NCBI GenBank assembly: GCA_044224725.1
Contig: JBGAJW010000001.1
Coordinates: 77,012-141,011 of the forward strand
From: Flavobacteriales bacterium
GTDB taxonomy: Bacteria; Bacteroidota; Bacteroidia; Flavobacteriales_F; PHOS-HE28
DNA length: 64,000 nt
Direction: 5' to 3'
Each line of letters starts with the position of its first letter. Position 1 is the stretch's first letter. The notes beneath the pieces were generated by a model, which did no database searches, was not told the DNA's origin, and saw nothing but the letters and a program-made list of their open reading frames with translations. The translations under genes and the position numbers were made by a program. Of the stretch, positions 1-9,262 are shown one piece after another.

Positions 1-39
1 AGGTCAGGACATTTTCTGATCATCTGATCGTCTGATCAT

Positions 40-1107
40 ATGGCCATCGATATCGACGCATCCAATTACGAGCACCGGGGCAGGAAGAGGATCGTGGCTC
101 GCAGGTACCGGTGCATAAATTTCCTTGTCATAGCGCTCGGATCGGCGCCGTGCTTCTCCACGCACGCTCATGGACAGGGCGAGGTGCGCAACGAGTTCAT
201 CGGCAGCTATTCATTGGAGATCGTTGATTCCCGCACCAACGACACCATCCATATGGAAGGCTGGAGCGATACAACGCAGGCCTTCCTGCGAATACGGGAG
301 AGGGGAAAAATCCAAGTGGTCTATTTCGGCGATCTCGAGCGCGACAGGGCCTTGCGCACGATGCGAGGTGACGCGCAACCTGAAATGTTGACTCCCGGCA
401 AGAAGGTGAGCATCGCCTCGGTTCCAGCGAGAACCGTTGCCTTGCCGGGCCGCCGCGAGCTGCTCGGTCATCGGTGCAAGGAATATCAGGTCGTTCGGCC
501 GGGGCAGGACACTGTGCACTACTGGGTCGCCGACTTCGGCGCTTCGCCTTTCCCGGACCTCTGGAAATGGACATCCAACAAATGGATGGGCGAATTGGGC
601 CACCTGCTCAAAGTGGACCGCCTTCGTGAAGGAGTTCCGCTGCTCATCAGCAACAAGGACCGAACGATCCGGGTGACCGCTTGCGTTGCAGGCCCGCAGC
701 CGCGGCCCCGCCTTTTCGAAGGAATGCGAGGCTCCGAACCATCACCACCGTCGCGCATCGATCCTATGCGTTCAGTAGCGGCCACACCTCCGGACTCCGT
801 GCCCGCTTGGATCACACTTCAAAGCCGGGTGCCTCACCTCCCCTTGCTCTATCATCCCGTCAAGCCCCCTCATGTCCCTGCATCCGGCGAGGCAGCCTTC
901 ATGTGCACCGTGTTGTACACCGGACAGATCGTGGCCTACGATGCGATACCCCTTGATGCGGATGGTCACTGGATGACGGATGCTCACACCATCACCCCGC
1001 TGGAAGAGCTCGCCTTGGGACTACTGCAGGACTTCCGTTTTGGAACCCTGTCTGACGGCAAGGAAGCCATGGTGGTCATCCGCTTCCGCTTCAATGCGTC
1101 ACCGTAG
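40..1107 (+). CDS. Hypothetical, probably secreted protein. It has an N-terminal hydrophobic segment and a proline-rich low-complexity central region.
   Basis: Long ORF co-directional with and 40 bp upstream of the pccB-like gene. No recognisable conserved motif, so function unknown. Confidence 0.4.
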   Translation: MAIDIDASNYEHRGRKRIVARRYRCINFLVIALGSAPCFSTHAHGQGEVRNEFIGSYSLEIVDSRTNDTIHMEGWSDTTQAFLRIRERGKIQVVYFGDLERDRALRTMRGDAQPEMLTPGKKVSIASVPARTVALPGRRELLGHRCKEYQVVRPGQDTVHYWVADFGASPFPDLWKWTSNKWMGELGHLLKVDRLREGVPLLISNKDRTIRVTACVAGPQPRPRLFEGMRGSEPSPPSRIDPMRSVAATPPDSVPAWITLQSRVPHLPLLYHPVKPPHVPASGEAAFMCTVLYTGQIVAYDAIPLDADGHWMTDAHTITPLEELALGLLQDFRFGTLSDGKEAMVVIRFRFNASP

Positions 1108-1149
1108 CACTTGAAAGTACGTATCCAACCTTCGTTGCAGCATATCCCC

Positions 1150-2790
1150 ATGGCAGAGAAGATCGACATCGAAGCATCCAAGAACGAGGACTTCAACAAG
1201 CTGAAGCTCTCCGACCTCAACAAGCGATTAAGCAGGATCCACGAAGGCGGCGGCGAGAAACGCATCGCCAAGCAGCACGAGCAAGGGAAATTGACCGCGC
1301 GCGAGCGCATCGACGCCCTGCTCGACCCCAAGAGCCCGCGCATCGAGATCGGCGCCTTCGCGGCCGACGGCATGTACAAGGAGCACGGCGGTGCGCCTTG
1401 CGCCGGTGTGGTGGTGGTGATCGGCTACGTGAGCAAGCGCCAGTGCATCGTGGTGGCCAACGACGCCACCGTGAAGGCCGGCGCCTGGTTCCCCATGACG
1501 GGCAAGAAGAACCTGCGCGCGCAGGAGATCGCCATCGAGAACCGCCTGCCCATCATCTACCTGGTGGACAGCGCCGGCGTGTACCTGCCGATGCAGGACG
1601 AGATCTTCCCCGACAAGGAGCACTTCGGAAGGATCTTCCGCAACAACGCCATCATGAGCTCCATGGGCATCACGCAGATCGCCGCCGTAATGGGCAGCTG
1701 CGTAGCCGGCGGCGCCTACCTGCCCATCATGAGCGATGAGGCCCTCATCGTGGAGAAGACCGGCAGCATCTTCCTCGCGGGCAGCTACCTGGTAAAGGCC
1801 GCCATCGGCGAGGACATCGACAACGAGACCCTCGGCGGCGCCACCACGCACAGCGAGATCAGCGGGGTGACCGACTACAAGTGCAAGGACGATGCGGACT
1901 GCCTGAAGAAAATCCGCGCCATCGTGGACAAGCTCGGCAAGCCCAAGGATGCGGGCTTCAGCCGCGAGAAACCCGCCGCGCCCAAGAGCGAGCCGAAGGA
2001 CCTCTACGGCATCATCCCCAGCGAGCGCGCCAAGCCCTACGACATGCGCGAGGTGATCGCGCGACTGGTGGACGGCAGCGAGTACACCGAATACAAGGAA
2101 GGCTTCGGCCAGAGCATCCTCACGGGCTACGCGCGCATCGACGGCTGGGCCGTGGGCATCGTAGCCAACCAGCGCAAGGTTGTGAAGAGCAAACGCGGTG
2201 AAATGCAGTTCGGCGGCGTCATCTACAGCGACAGCGCCGACAAGGCCACGCGCTTCATCGCCAACTGCAACCAGAAGAACATCCCGCTGGTCTTCCTGCA
2301 GGACGTCACCGGCTTCATGGTGGGCAGCCGCAGCGAGCACGGCGGCATCATCAAGGACGGCGCGAAACTGGTGAACGCCGTGAGCAACAGCGTGGTGCCC
2401 AAGTTCACCGTGATCGTGGGCAACAGCTACGGCGCCGGCAACTACGCCATGTGCGGCAAGGCCTACGACCCGCGCCTCATCGTGGGCTGGCCCAGCGCGC
2501 AGGTGGCCGTCATGGGCGGCGACCAGGCCGCGAAAGTGCTGTTGCAGATCGAAGTGGCCGCGCTGAAAGGCCGCGGCGAGGAGATCACCAAGGAGCGCGA
2601 AGAAGAGATCCTCGGCAAGATCCGCCGCAAGTACGAGGAGAGCATGAGCCCCTATTACGCGGCGGCACGGCTGTGGCTGGATGCGATCATTGATCCGTTA
2701 GAGACGCGGACGTGGATCTCGATGGGAATTGAGGCTGCGTCGCAAAGTCCGGCTACACACGAGTTCAATATGGGAGTGCTACAGACTTGA
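1150..2790 (+). CDS. pccB: Acyl-CoA carboxylase carboxyltransferase subunit (propionyl-CoA carboxylase beta / methylmalonyl-CoA decarboxylase alpha family). Start moved to M14 of the track ORF.
   Basis: Full-length carboxyl_trans fold signature with a glycine-rich region (GGA..AGV, GSCVAGGAY, GGVIYSDSADKA). Typical length of about 545 aa. The C-terminus is atypical (see findings). Confidence 0.9.
   Translation: MAEKIDIEASKNEDFNKLKLSDLNKRLSRIHEGGGEKRIAKQHEQGKLTARERIDALLDPKSPRIEIGAFAADGMYKEHGGAPCAGVVVVIGYVSKRQCIVVANDATVKAGAWFPMTGKKNLRAQEIAIENRLPIIYLVDSAGVYLPMQDEIFPDKEHFGRIFRNNAIMSSMGITQIAAVMGSCVAGGAYLPIMSDEALIVEKTGSIFLAGSYLVKAAIGEDIDNETLGGATTHSEISGVTDYKCKDDADCLKKIRAIVDKLGKPKDAGFSREKPAAPKSEPKDLYGIIPSERAKPYDMREVIARLVDGSEYTEYKEGFGQSILTGYARIDGWAVGIVANQRKVVKSKRGEMQFGGVIYSDSADKATRFIANCNQKNIPLVFLQDVTGFMVGSRSEHGGIIKDGAKLVNAVSNSVVPKFTVIVGNSYGAGNYAMCGKAYDPRLIVGWPSAQVAVMGGDQAAKVLLQIEVAALKGRGEEITKEREEEILGKIRRKYEESMSPYYAAARLWLDAIIDPLETRTWISMGIEAASQSPATHEFNMGVLQT
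2725..2790 (+). repeat. Repeat copy A: 3' terminus of pccB (GIEAASQ...GAGTTCAATATGGG..CAGACTTGA).
   Basis: A sequence of about 65 bp that recurs in diverged form at 3061-3124 and 3829-3904. Confidence 0.8.
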
Positions 2791-2794
2791 AGCC

Positions 2795-3058
2795 ATGAAC
2801 CGGGTCTATGCGGAGTCGCACTATACAACCGAGTTCTTCAACGACACGAAGGACGGTTGCGCTGGGTTGAAGCTGTTCAAGCAATATGTGCACAAGGATT
2901 TCATCGCTCTTGCAGGCGATGAAGTGAAGCACATAGCAACGGTGACGTATTGGGACGCCGTAGGCGACTTCACCGTTGAGACCCACGGCACCGATCTCAG
3001 CGCGACGATCTTACAAGAGCTGATCAATGAAGCGAAAGAACGCATCCGAACCAAATGA
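2795..3058 (+). CDS. Small hypothetical protein (87 aa) in a low-GC cargo cassette.
   Basis: ORF begins at MNRVY, 5 bp after the pccB stop. GC is about 52% against about 65% in the flanks. It is bracketed by repeat copies A and B. No motif recognised. Confidence 0.45.
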   Translation: MNRVYAESHYTTEFFNDTKDGCAGLKLFKQYVHKDFIALAGDEVKHIATVTYWDAVGDFTVETHGTDLSATILQELINEAKERIRTK

Positions 3059-3060
3059 AG

Positions 3061-3124
3061 GGCATCGAAGCGGCGAGCCAGGCAAGCAACGAGGGAGTTC
3101 AATATGGGTGTACTCCAGACTTGA
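3061..3124 (+). repeat. Repeat copy B: diverged duplicate of the pccB 3' terminus (encodes GIEAASQ, then frameshifted; GAGTTCAATATGGGTGTACTCCAGACTTGA).
   Basis: Direct alignment with 2725-2790, including the core GAGTTCAATATGGG, CAGACTTGA and the following (A/GA)GCCAT. Confidence 0.8.
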
Positions 3125-3142
3125 GAGCCATCACCATCTCAA

Positions 3143-3826
3143 ATGAGAGGCACTATCGCCATACTCACCGTCGCCATCCTTTTCGGCTGTGGCCGGGCGA
3201 ACAGCGCACAACCGAAAGTGCGTGACTTCTCACCTAGCGAGCAAGCGGCCATGGACATCGCGCAGATCGATACGGGTGTTGCGGCCGTGCTTCGCACTCA
3301 CGTCCCGGAACCCTTTTACCTGCACACACCAGAAGCGGACGATATCAATGCACGTAGTGGTTTCGCCGTGGCGAGGCATCCGTTTCGCGGTGTTGCCTTT
3401 AAGGTCCATCCCGATTCCACCATGGCACGCATCGAGTCCATAACCAAGCGCATCCGGCCAGAAGGCTATGCGATCTACCGCTCACGCATGGGCTTCGGCG
3501 GTGAACCGGATGAAGTATGCGTGCTGATGACCCAGCAACTGGACATGGTCATCTTGCGCTACGAACAAACGGATGGCATCAACTACGACATCACCACAGA
3601 CAGCCTGATCCAAGTACTTGAAGCCTGGGATCTGAAATTGACGGTCATCGGTGCTTCGAGCGATTGGATGGAAGCGAGCATTGATACCCCCGTGAGCGAT
3701 TGGAACGTGCTCGCGAGACAGGTCTACGCATTCTGCCCTGATGTGGTGGGTCAAGGAACGGGAACCGTTGAAGCATTGGCCGAGGAAATGCGCCGGACCA
3801 ATACTCTCTACTTGTGGTGGGACTGA
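3143..3826 (+). CDS. Lipoprotein of unknown function. Possibly DUF4253-like; it ends in YLWWD. Second cargo cassette.
   Basis: Signal peptide with a lipobox (ILFGC). GC about 56%. Bracketed by repeat copies B and C. The DUF4253 assignment is from memory of the family and is not verified. Confidence 0.5.
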   Translation: MRGTIAILTVAILFGCGRANSAQPKVRDFSPSEQAAMDIAQIDTGVAAVLRTHVPEPFYLHTPEADDINARSGFAVARHPFRGVAFKVHPDSTMARIESITKRIRPEGYAIYRSRMGFGGEPDEVCVLMTQQLDMVILRYEQTDGINYDITTDSLIQVLEAWDLKLTVIGASSDWMEASIDTPVSDWNVLARQVYAFCPDVVGQGTGTVEALAEEMRRTNTLYLWWD

Positions 3827-3828
3827 TC

Positions 3829-3904
3829 AAAGCGGCCAGCCATCCCCTGGTCAAATGCCCGGGGTCGGTGACGCGGGAGTTCAATATGGGGGTCTTCGAC
3901 GTAG
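3829..3904 (+). repeat. Repeat copy C: third, more diverged copy (AAAGCGGCCAGCCA ... GGGAGTTCAATATGGGGGTCTTCGAC).
   Basis: Shares the 14-mer GAGTTCAATATGGG and the upstream GCGGC(G/C)AGCCA block with copies A and B. It abuts the 3' end of the RAYT pseudogene. Confidence 0.65.
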
Positions 3905-4148
3905 GTCATCCCCTATTGAACCTATCCCCATTCCAATTCAACGGGTTGTCCTGGATGTATTTAGCGATGCGATCGTGTTCGCCATCGTCACGGATCACCC
4001 GGTCCCAATAATTGCGTTGCCATACGGGCGTGCCGTGCGGCACCAACCCATCGCGGTACGCCATGCGCGTAACCGCGGATTTGTACGACGCCACGATCTG
4101 CCCCAACGCACCACGCGGGATGCCCGGCGGTTTTGCGGTATCCCGTAG

Positions 4149-4168
4149 GGGCGCGTCATGACGCGCCC
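4149..4168. repeat. Perfect 20-bp palindrome GGGCGCGTCATGACGCGCCC (REP-like), copy 1, inside the RAYT pseudogene.
   Basis: Self-complementary. An identical copy lies 163 bp away at 4312-4331. Both encode ARHDAP in the respective RAYT fragments. Confidence 0.85.
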
Positions 4169-4311
4169 GCGTGTGTGGGCCGGGTGTGTCGGCCAACGAA
4201 CGGGATGGACCGCCGGGCATTTCGATACCGGAATCATCGGGTGTGGCGTCGGGGACGTTGTCGGCCAATCCATGCGCGTCCACCGCACCAATGCCGGGCG
4301 CGTTCGTTTCC

Positions 4312-4331
4312 GGGCGCGTCATGACGCGCCC
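4312..4331. repeat. Perfect 20-bp palindrome GGGCGCGTCATGACGCGCCC, copy 2.
   Basis: Identical to 4149-4168. Confidence 0.85.
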
Positions 4332-4819
4332 CTACCGCACGCACATCCGGCCCACCGCGCATCAACCGTTCCCGTATGATCACGATACCATGCACATGGT
4401 TGGGCATCACCACGAATTCCCCGACATCCACATGCGCCATGTGTTCCGGTATCGCGTCCCAACACCGTCGCACCAATTCACCGATGGGTGATGGATGCAT
4501 GATGCCATTCGCAATGTTCCCGAACCAATGTCGGCGACCATCGGTGCAGATGGTCAGGTAATACGCGCCGACGGTGACGTAATCGTAACCCGGTCGGCGA
4601 ATGGTGTGGCGTTGCGGCAGGTCGGCCATGGCAACCCGAATATCGCCTCAACGATCGAACCGGCCCATATTCCGGTCTGCTGCTCGCGCGAAACGCGACA
4701 TTGCGAATGATCGGTCATGGAAGGTTGGATCCGGAACTGGTAGTACAGTTGGCGCCGCAACGGTCGCGTTGCCAATTCGCCGGTCACCCCGGCCACGTGA
4801 CGCGGTTTGCCTGATGCCC

Positions 4820-6352
4820 TCACTCCTTCACGAACCGCCACCGCAGCCCACCCGCCTGCAGGATGTAGCTGCCCGCCGTTAGTCCGGCTACATCGATGCT
4901 GTTGTGGTCCTGCGTGGTGAGGAGCGTGCGGCCGTTGAGGTCCATGACCGTAACGACGGCACCGGCCTGCAGCCCGTTGGGCAAGTACAGCCTGTCCGTG
5001 GCCGGCACGGGGTACAGGAGCCCGCGCGGTGCTTCCGCCTCGGCCATGGCGGTGGACAATGGCGTCAGCTTCGCCACGAAGCCATCACCGGCCTGGCCGG
5101 TCAGCTGGGCGCGTCCGGCGAGATAGAGCGCCCCATCGTTCCCCATGACCATGGCGTTCACCTTGCTGCTTTGTGCCCCGGGCACGTTCCACGGCTGCCG
5201 GAAGAGCCGGGTGCCGGTGGTGTCATACTCGTAGAGATAGGATCCGATGTAGGCCGAGGCGATGGTCCAGCGATCGTCGTGCAGGAGCGCGTGGTCCATG
5301 TTGAGGCAGTAGTTGACGTTGCCACCGGTGAGCGTATCGGTCCAGAGCACGTTGCCAGCGCTGCTCAATTTGGCCGCGAGCAGATACGGTCCGGGGATGG
5401 ACGCTTGGTAAGGCCCCTCGCCGATCGCGTACACATCGCCCTGCGCATCGCAGCGGACATGACGAACACGACCGCTCGCACTGCTCAATCCGGGAAACCC
5501 GAAGTCGGTGCTCCAGAGGATCCCGCCTGCTGCGTCGAGCTTCGTCACATTGAACTGCTGGTTGCGTCCGCCACCGACCAGTACGTGCCCCAGCCCATCG
5601 GTGGTCATCGCGTTGTTGTTGTCCGTGCTGGTCACTTCAAGGTCCGTGGTCCAGAGGTGTACACCCGCCGACGAGTAACCGACCGCGGCGGAATAAGAAG
5701 TGCCGTTGCGTGTCCACATGACCACCACCGAATCGCCGATGGCCTCCACCGCCAGACCAATGCCGAAGCCGTTCCAGTTGGTGGGCAGCGGATGGGTGAC
5801 CCACCACGCCAGATCACCCGAAGCCGTGAGCCTGGCCAGCCCCGGCCTGGTGAGTCCATTGGCGGAGAAGGTACCGGTGAGGTAGACCTCGCCATCGGCA
5901 TCCATCGTTGCATCGCCGAAGTCATCGCCGGTGTTGGTACCTGCGGAGTTCAGCACGATCTCACCGGTCTGGGTCCCGCTCGCCGTGAAGCGCTGCACGA
6001 GCACATCGTTGGTGCCGGTCTGGTTCTCGTAATCGCCCAGCGCGAGCACGGAGCCGTCGTTCAGTTCGAAGATCTTCCACGCGCGTCCGATGCTGTCCGG
6101 TAGGCCATTGGTCCAGAGCGGTGCTCCCGTTCCATCGAAAGCCGTGACGAAGAACTCCGTGGTGGTGGTGGGCACGAACACACCGCTCGTGACCAGATCC
6201 CCGCTCGGCAGGAGCACCAGGTCCTCCGCGCTGTGGTAGCCCGTGAGCCCGTCGAAAAGGCTGATCCACTCCGTGTTGTATTGGGCGTGTCCATCGGCAG
6301 CCGCAACCAAGAGGACACCTGTAAGCAGGAAGGGTAGCGATCCGTTCTTCAT
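4820..6352 (-). CDS. T9SS-sorted secreted beta-propeller repeat protein (SBBP / delta-60-like repeats) with a type-A T9SS C-terminal sorting domain.
   Basis: Signal peptide. Repeated DG(S/D)..L(A/V)G motifs. C-terminal roughly 80 aa typical of the Por secretion CTD (LYPVPATDRLYL...GSYILQ). Confidence 0.8.
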   Translation of the reverse strand: MKNGSLPFLLTGVLLVAAADGHAQYNTEWISLFDGLTGYHSAEDLVLLPSGDLVTSGVFVPTTTTEFFVTAFDGTGAPLWTNGLPDSIGRAWKIFELNDGSVLALGDYENQTGTNDVLVQRFTASGTQTGEIVLNSAGTNTGDDFGDATMDADGEVYLTGTFSANGLTRPGLARLTASGDLAWWVTHPLPTNWNGFGIGLAVEAIGDSVVVMWTRNGTSYSAAVGYSSAGVHLWTTDLEVTSTDNNNAMTTDGLGHVLVGGGRNQQFNVTKLDAAGGILWSTDFGFPGLSSASGRVRHVRCDAQGDVYAIGEGPYQASIPGPYLLAAKLSSAGNVLWTDTLTGGNVNYCLNMDHALLHDDRWTIASAYIGSYLYEYDTTGTRLFRQPWNVPGAQSSKVNAMVMGNDGALYLAGRAQLTGQAGDGFVAKLTPLSTAMAEAEAPRGLLYPVPATDRLYLPNGLQAGAVVTVMDLNGRTLLTTQDHNSIDVAGLTAGSYILQAGGLRWRFVKE

Positions 6353-6498
6353 GATGTGGTCCATTAGCCAGCGTATCCAAGTTTACGACGGATCGTTCGT
6401 CAACCACATGCTGCACACCCACCAGGAAGGATGCATGCACAGCGGACCTGCTGGCCGTACACCGACCAACGGAACGCACGGTCGGTTAGCTTTAGACC

Positions 6499-7296
6499 AT
6501 GGCTACGGTCCTTCCCGCCAACCGTCATCCGCTGTTGTGGATGCTGTTCGTGCTGCCTTCTTCACTCCATGCCCAGGCGTACAACTACCCGAACGGTTCC
6601 ACGGTAGCGGACTTCACGGTGACCGATATCGAGGGCGACGTACACGACCTGTATGACCTGACCGCGCAGGGCAAGTACGTTCTCCTGGACTTCTTCACGC
6701 TGTGGTGCGTACCATGCCAGGAAACCGCGCCTTATTGGGCAGAACTCTACCAGACCTACGGTTGCAACGGTGCCGATATGGTCTGTCTTTCACTGGACTA
6801 TGAGAACAACACGGCGGCCGAGGTCCAAGCGTATTCCGATACCTATTGCGGACCATGGGCGCATCCGCCCGTGGTTTCCGATGCCCTGGCTTTGTCGGAT
6901 GTGTTCGGCGTGGGCACCGCGCCCAACTACTGCCTCATCGGGCCGGACAATGTGATGATCAACAACTTCATCTGGCCCGTTGCCTCCATGGCCGACTTCG
7001 TTGCGGCATTTCCGGTTGGCAGCGCGGTGACCCCGCAGGCCTGCGCCGTTGGCGTGGAGGAACGAGCGCAGGAAGCGCTGATCGCCTCTCCCAACCCCAC
7101 GACGGGAACCATCCGTATCAATGGCCCGAACGTCGCAAGCGTACATGCTTGCGACGCGATGGGCCGATACCTGACCACACGACCAATCATTGCCAACCAG
7201 CTGGACCTGCGAGGCAATGCACCGGGGTTGTATCTGCTGGAGCTCTTCAATGCGCGGGGCGCGGGCATGGGCAGGTTGCGTGTGGTCCTGGAGTAG
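6499..7296 (+). CDS. Thioredoxin-like (TlpA/AhpC-TSA family) thiol-disulfide oxidoreductase with a T9SS C-terminal sorting domain.
   Basis: Signal peptide, a WCVPC (CxxC) motif, and a C-terminal SPNPTTG...GLYLLEL T9SS CTD. Confidence 0.8.
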   Translation: MATVLPANRHPLLWMLFVLPSSLHAQAYNYPNGSTVADFTVTDIEGDVHDLYDLTAQGKYVLLDFFTLWCVPCQETAPYWAELYQTYGCNGADMVCLSLDYENNTAAEVQAYSDTYCGPWAHPPVVSDALALSDVFGVGTAPNYCLIGPDNVMINNFIWPVASMADFVAAFPVGSAVTPQACAVGVEERAQEALIASPNPTTGTIRINGPNVASVHACDAMGRYLTTRPIIANQLDLRGNAPGLYLLELFNARGAGMGRLRVVLE

Positions 7297-7471
7297 ATGG
7301 TTAGCCAGCACAGGCGATGCCGTAGTTCCACGCGGGTCGTGCAAGCTTGAGCGTCGGACGGCCTGCAGCGGCTGCATCCAATTACTCACTCATCATTCCG
7401 TGGTCGGCGTTCGATCCTCGCGGCCGCACGGATCGCTCCTTCCTGACCGCAAGGCCAGCGCTACGCTGCGC

Positions 7472-9262
7472 TCACTCCAACTTCCGCGACGGCGTGGTGC
7501 GGTCGATCATGAGCACCGCATCGAACTGCGTGGCCAGCACGGTGGGTTGCTCGAAGCCGAAGTCGAAGGCGCTGTAGCCGATGGAGCGCACAGGGCGCGG
7601 GTCGTGGATCCATGTGCTTGTGGTATCCGCTGCCAGTGCGCGCACGTCCAGCAGGAGCGCTGACGCGTGTGTGGGTAGTGCGCGGTGCATGGCCTCTTCC
7701 AAGCTGCCCAAGGGCGCGGGGAAGCAGCGGGCGTCCATCGGTCGGTGGTCCGCGAAACCGCGTGTGGCGCGGTAGCTTCCATCGTAGGTGCCAATGCCCA
7801 CCACACGCAACCGGTCGCCGAAGAGGCGCAGCATGTGGGCGCCCATGCTGGTGCCGCTGGCGAAGCCCGTGCGCCCGATGTGCCCATCATGTGCCCACAC
7901 GGCCATGCGCGTGCCTTCGGGCTGTTGCGCGAGCGTCCAGGCGATGTTGGCGGCCATGCAGCTGTCGCGGATCGAGGGGTTCCACGGATCATGGGCCTGC
8001 GCGGCGCACTGCACCACCACGCGCGCGTTCTGCAAAGCCCAACGGCGTTCCAACGCATTGTCCGGAGGCGTATCCAGCATGCGTTGCGCGATGAGTTCCT
8101 GCGCGCGCTCCGCGTTGGCCTGCCATAGCGCTCCCTCTCCTTCCGCCGGTCGTGGATAGTCGCCCTTGCGCCATGCTTCGCGATGCGGGGCGAGCAGTTC
8201 GCGCACCTGATCGGCGATGGCCGCGTCATGGCGGCGCAGGTAGGCCACCACGCTGTCCATGGGCTGTTGCGGATCCTGCATGTCGAAGCCCACGAACGAG
8301 AGCGGCTGCTTCGGTGCGCGCGCGTTGTAGGCGCGCATCCACTCGATCAGGTCCTTCACCTCCTGCTTGTACCACACCCCGAAGAGGCCGCCCATGGCTT
8401 TCTCCACCGTATCCGTCGCCCCGTTCACATACGCGTTGATGCGTTCCGTGGACAGCTGGTTGGCTTCGATGGCGAACACGGTGAAGCCTTTGCGTTCCAC
8501 CAGGTAGCGGAACAAGTGATGCTTGGCCACGAAGAACTCGTGTGTGCCGTGCGTGCTTTCACCCAAGGAGACCACCTGCGCCGGGCCAACGATGCGGTCG
8601 AACGCTTCATACCCCGCGGGCCATGGGCTGTCCAACGTTGTCGGAAGCTCCAGCACATCGATGGATGCGGCGTGTGCGCGCAAGGCCTCCAGGTCGGCGA
8701 TGGTCGGCGCGGTGCCGCACGGCAGTTCGGTGATCGGTCCTCCATCGGCCGTCAAGGTGAAGGCATCGAACCACACCGGGCCGCTGCTCAGGGCTTTCAC
8801 GGTGATCACGAGCTGGTAGTCGTTCGCATCGATGGGCAGCGCTAGTTCCGCCGACCGCCAGGTGGATGGATCCGTTCGGAGAAAGACCACGCTGTCCACC
8901 TGGCCAGGCTCACCCCAGGTATTGAGGTATACGCAGGCATCAGCCCCAGCGGAGTGGACCGTGAGCGCCACCCGCTTCCCTTGCAGCGATGCCGCAGGCA
9001 GCCGCATCATCATCGCGTGTGCAGGAGGCACCGTGCTGCTGTCCGCCGGTGGGAGGTCGAGCCGGAAACTGTACCGGCCTTCCATCACCGTGGTGCTGTC
9101 CAGGGTGCTGGTGCCCGCGTTCCACATCCAATGCGCTTCCCAACCCCACGGGCGATCGGTGCCGGTTACACCGGGCATCTCGAAGCCCAGGTTCAGCGGT
9201 TGCTGGGCAAGGCCTTGGAGCGCAAGCGCACCGGCAATGAGATAGGTCAATGATCGACGCAT
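7472..9262 (-). CDS. Erythromycin esterase family protein (EreA/EreB-like), secreted, with an extra N-terminal domain.
   Basis: Pattern LGESTHGTHEF...GFTVFAIEAN...YVNG...EWMRAYNA...FVGFDMQD matches the Ere family core. Start moved to MRRSLTY, which is followed by a signal peptide. Confidence 0.75.
   Translation of the reverse strand: MRRSLTYLIAGALALQGLAQQPLNLGFEMPGVTGTDRPWGWEAHWMWNAGTSTLDSTTVMEGRYSFRLDLPPADSSTVPPAHAMMMRLPAASLQGKRVALTVHSAGADACVYLNTWGEPGQVDSVVFLRTDPSTWRSAELALPIDANDYQLVITVKALSSGPVWFDAFTLTADGGPITELPCGTAPTIADLEALRAHAASIDVLELPTTLDSPWPAGYEAFDRIVGPAQVVSLGESTHGTHEFFVAKHHLFRYLVERKGFTVFAIEANQLSTERINAYVNGATDTVEKAMGGLFGVWYKQEVKDLIEWMRAYNARAPKQPLSFVGFDMQDPQQPMDSVVAYLRRHDAAIADQVRELLAPHREAWRKGDYPRPAEGEGALWQANAERAQELIAQRMLDTPPDNALERRWALQNARVVVQCAAQAHDPWNPSIRDSCMAANIAWTLAQQPEGTRMAVWAHDGHIGRTGFASGTSMGAHMLRLFGDRLRVVGIGTYDGSYRATRGFADHRPMDARCFPAPLGSLEEAMHRALPTHASALLLDVRALAADTTSTWIHDPRPVRSIGYSAFDFGFEQPTVLATQFDAVLMIDRTTPSRKLE

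Larger units (their letters stand above)
3906..4629 (-). pseudogene. IS200/IS605-family Y1 (HuH) transposase, REP-associated tyrosine transposase (RAYT)-like. Disrupted.
   Basis: The N-terminal ORF (4234-4629) carries the HuH motif MPNHVHGIVII. The C-terminal ORF (3906-4322) carries GQIVASYKSAVTR and the catalytic-Tyr region WQRNYWDRVIRD. The two halves are in different frames and are separated by a 163-bp duplication flanked by identical palindromes. Confidence 0.7.

Noticed and set aside
15-42. TCTGATCA direct repeats (tctgatcatctgatcgtctgatcat) immediately upstream of the first ATG, and CTGATCAT x3 at 19836-19866.
   Set aside because: The second set is simply Leu-Ile coding sequence of a hydrophobic peptide. 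The first is a single occurrence at the window edge with no partner site. There is too little evidence for an operator call.
1228-2340. 370-aa ORF antisense to the pccB-like gene. Similar long antisense or overlapping ORFs occur at 4904-6103, 7507-8229, 8183-8845, 9287-10120, 11423-12226, 15162-16280, 20688-21887, 22014-22979, 35102-36691 (N-terminal extension), 36220-37875, 38041-40155 and 50915-51829.
   Set aside because: In 65% GC DNA, stop codons are rare in all frames. These ORFs have Ala/Arg/Gly/His-rich, motif-free translations, and they overlap genes whose products carry clear family signatures. They are treated as shadow ORFs.
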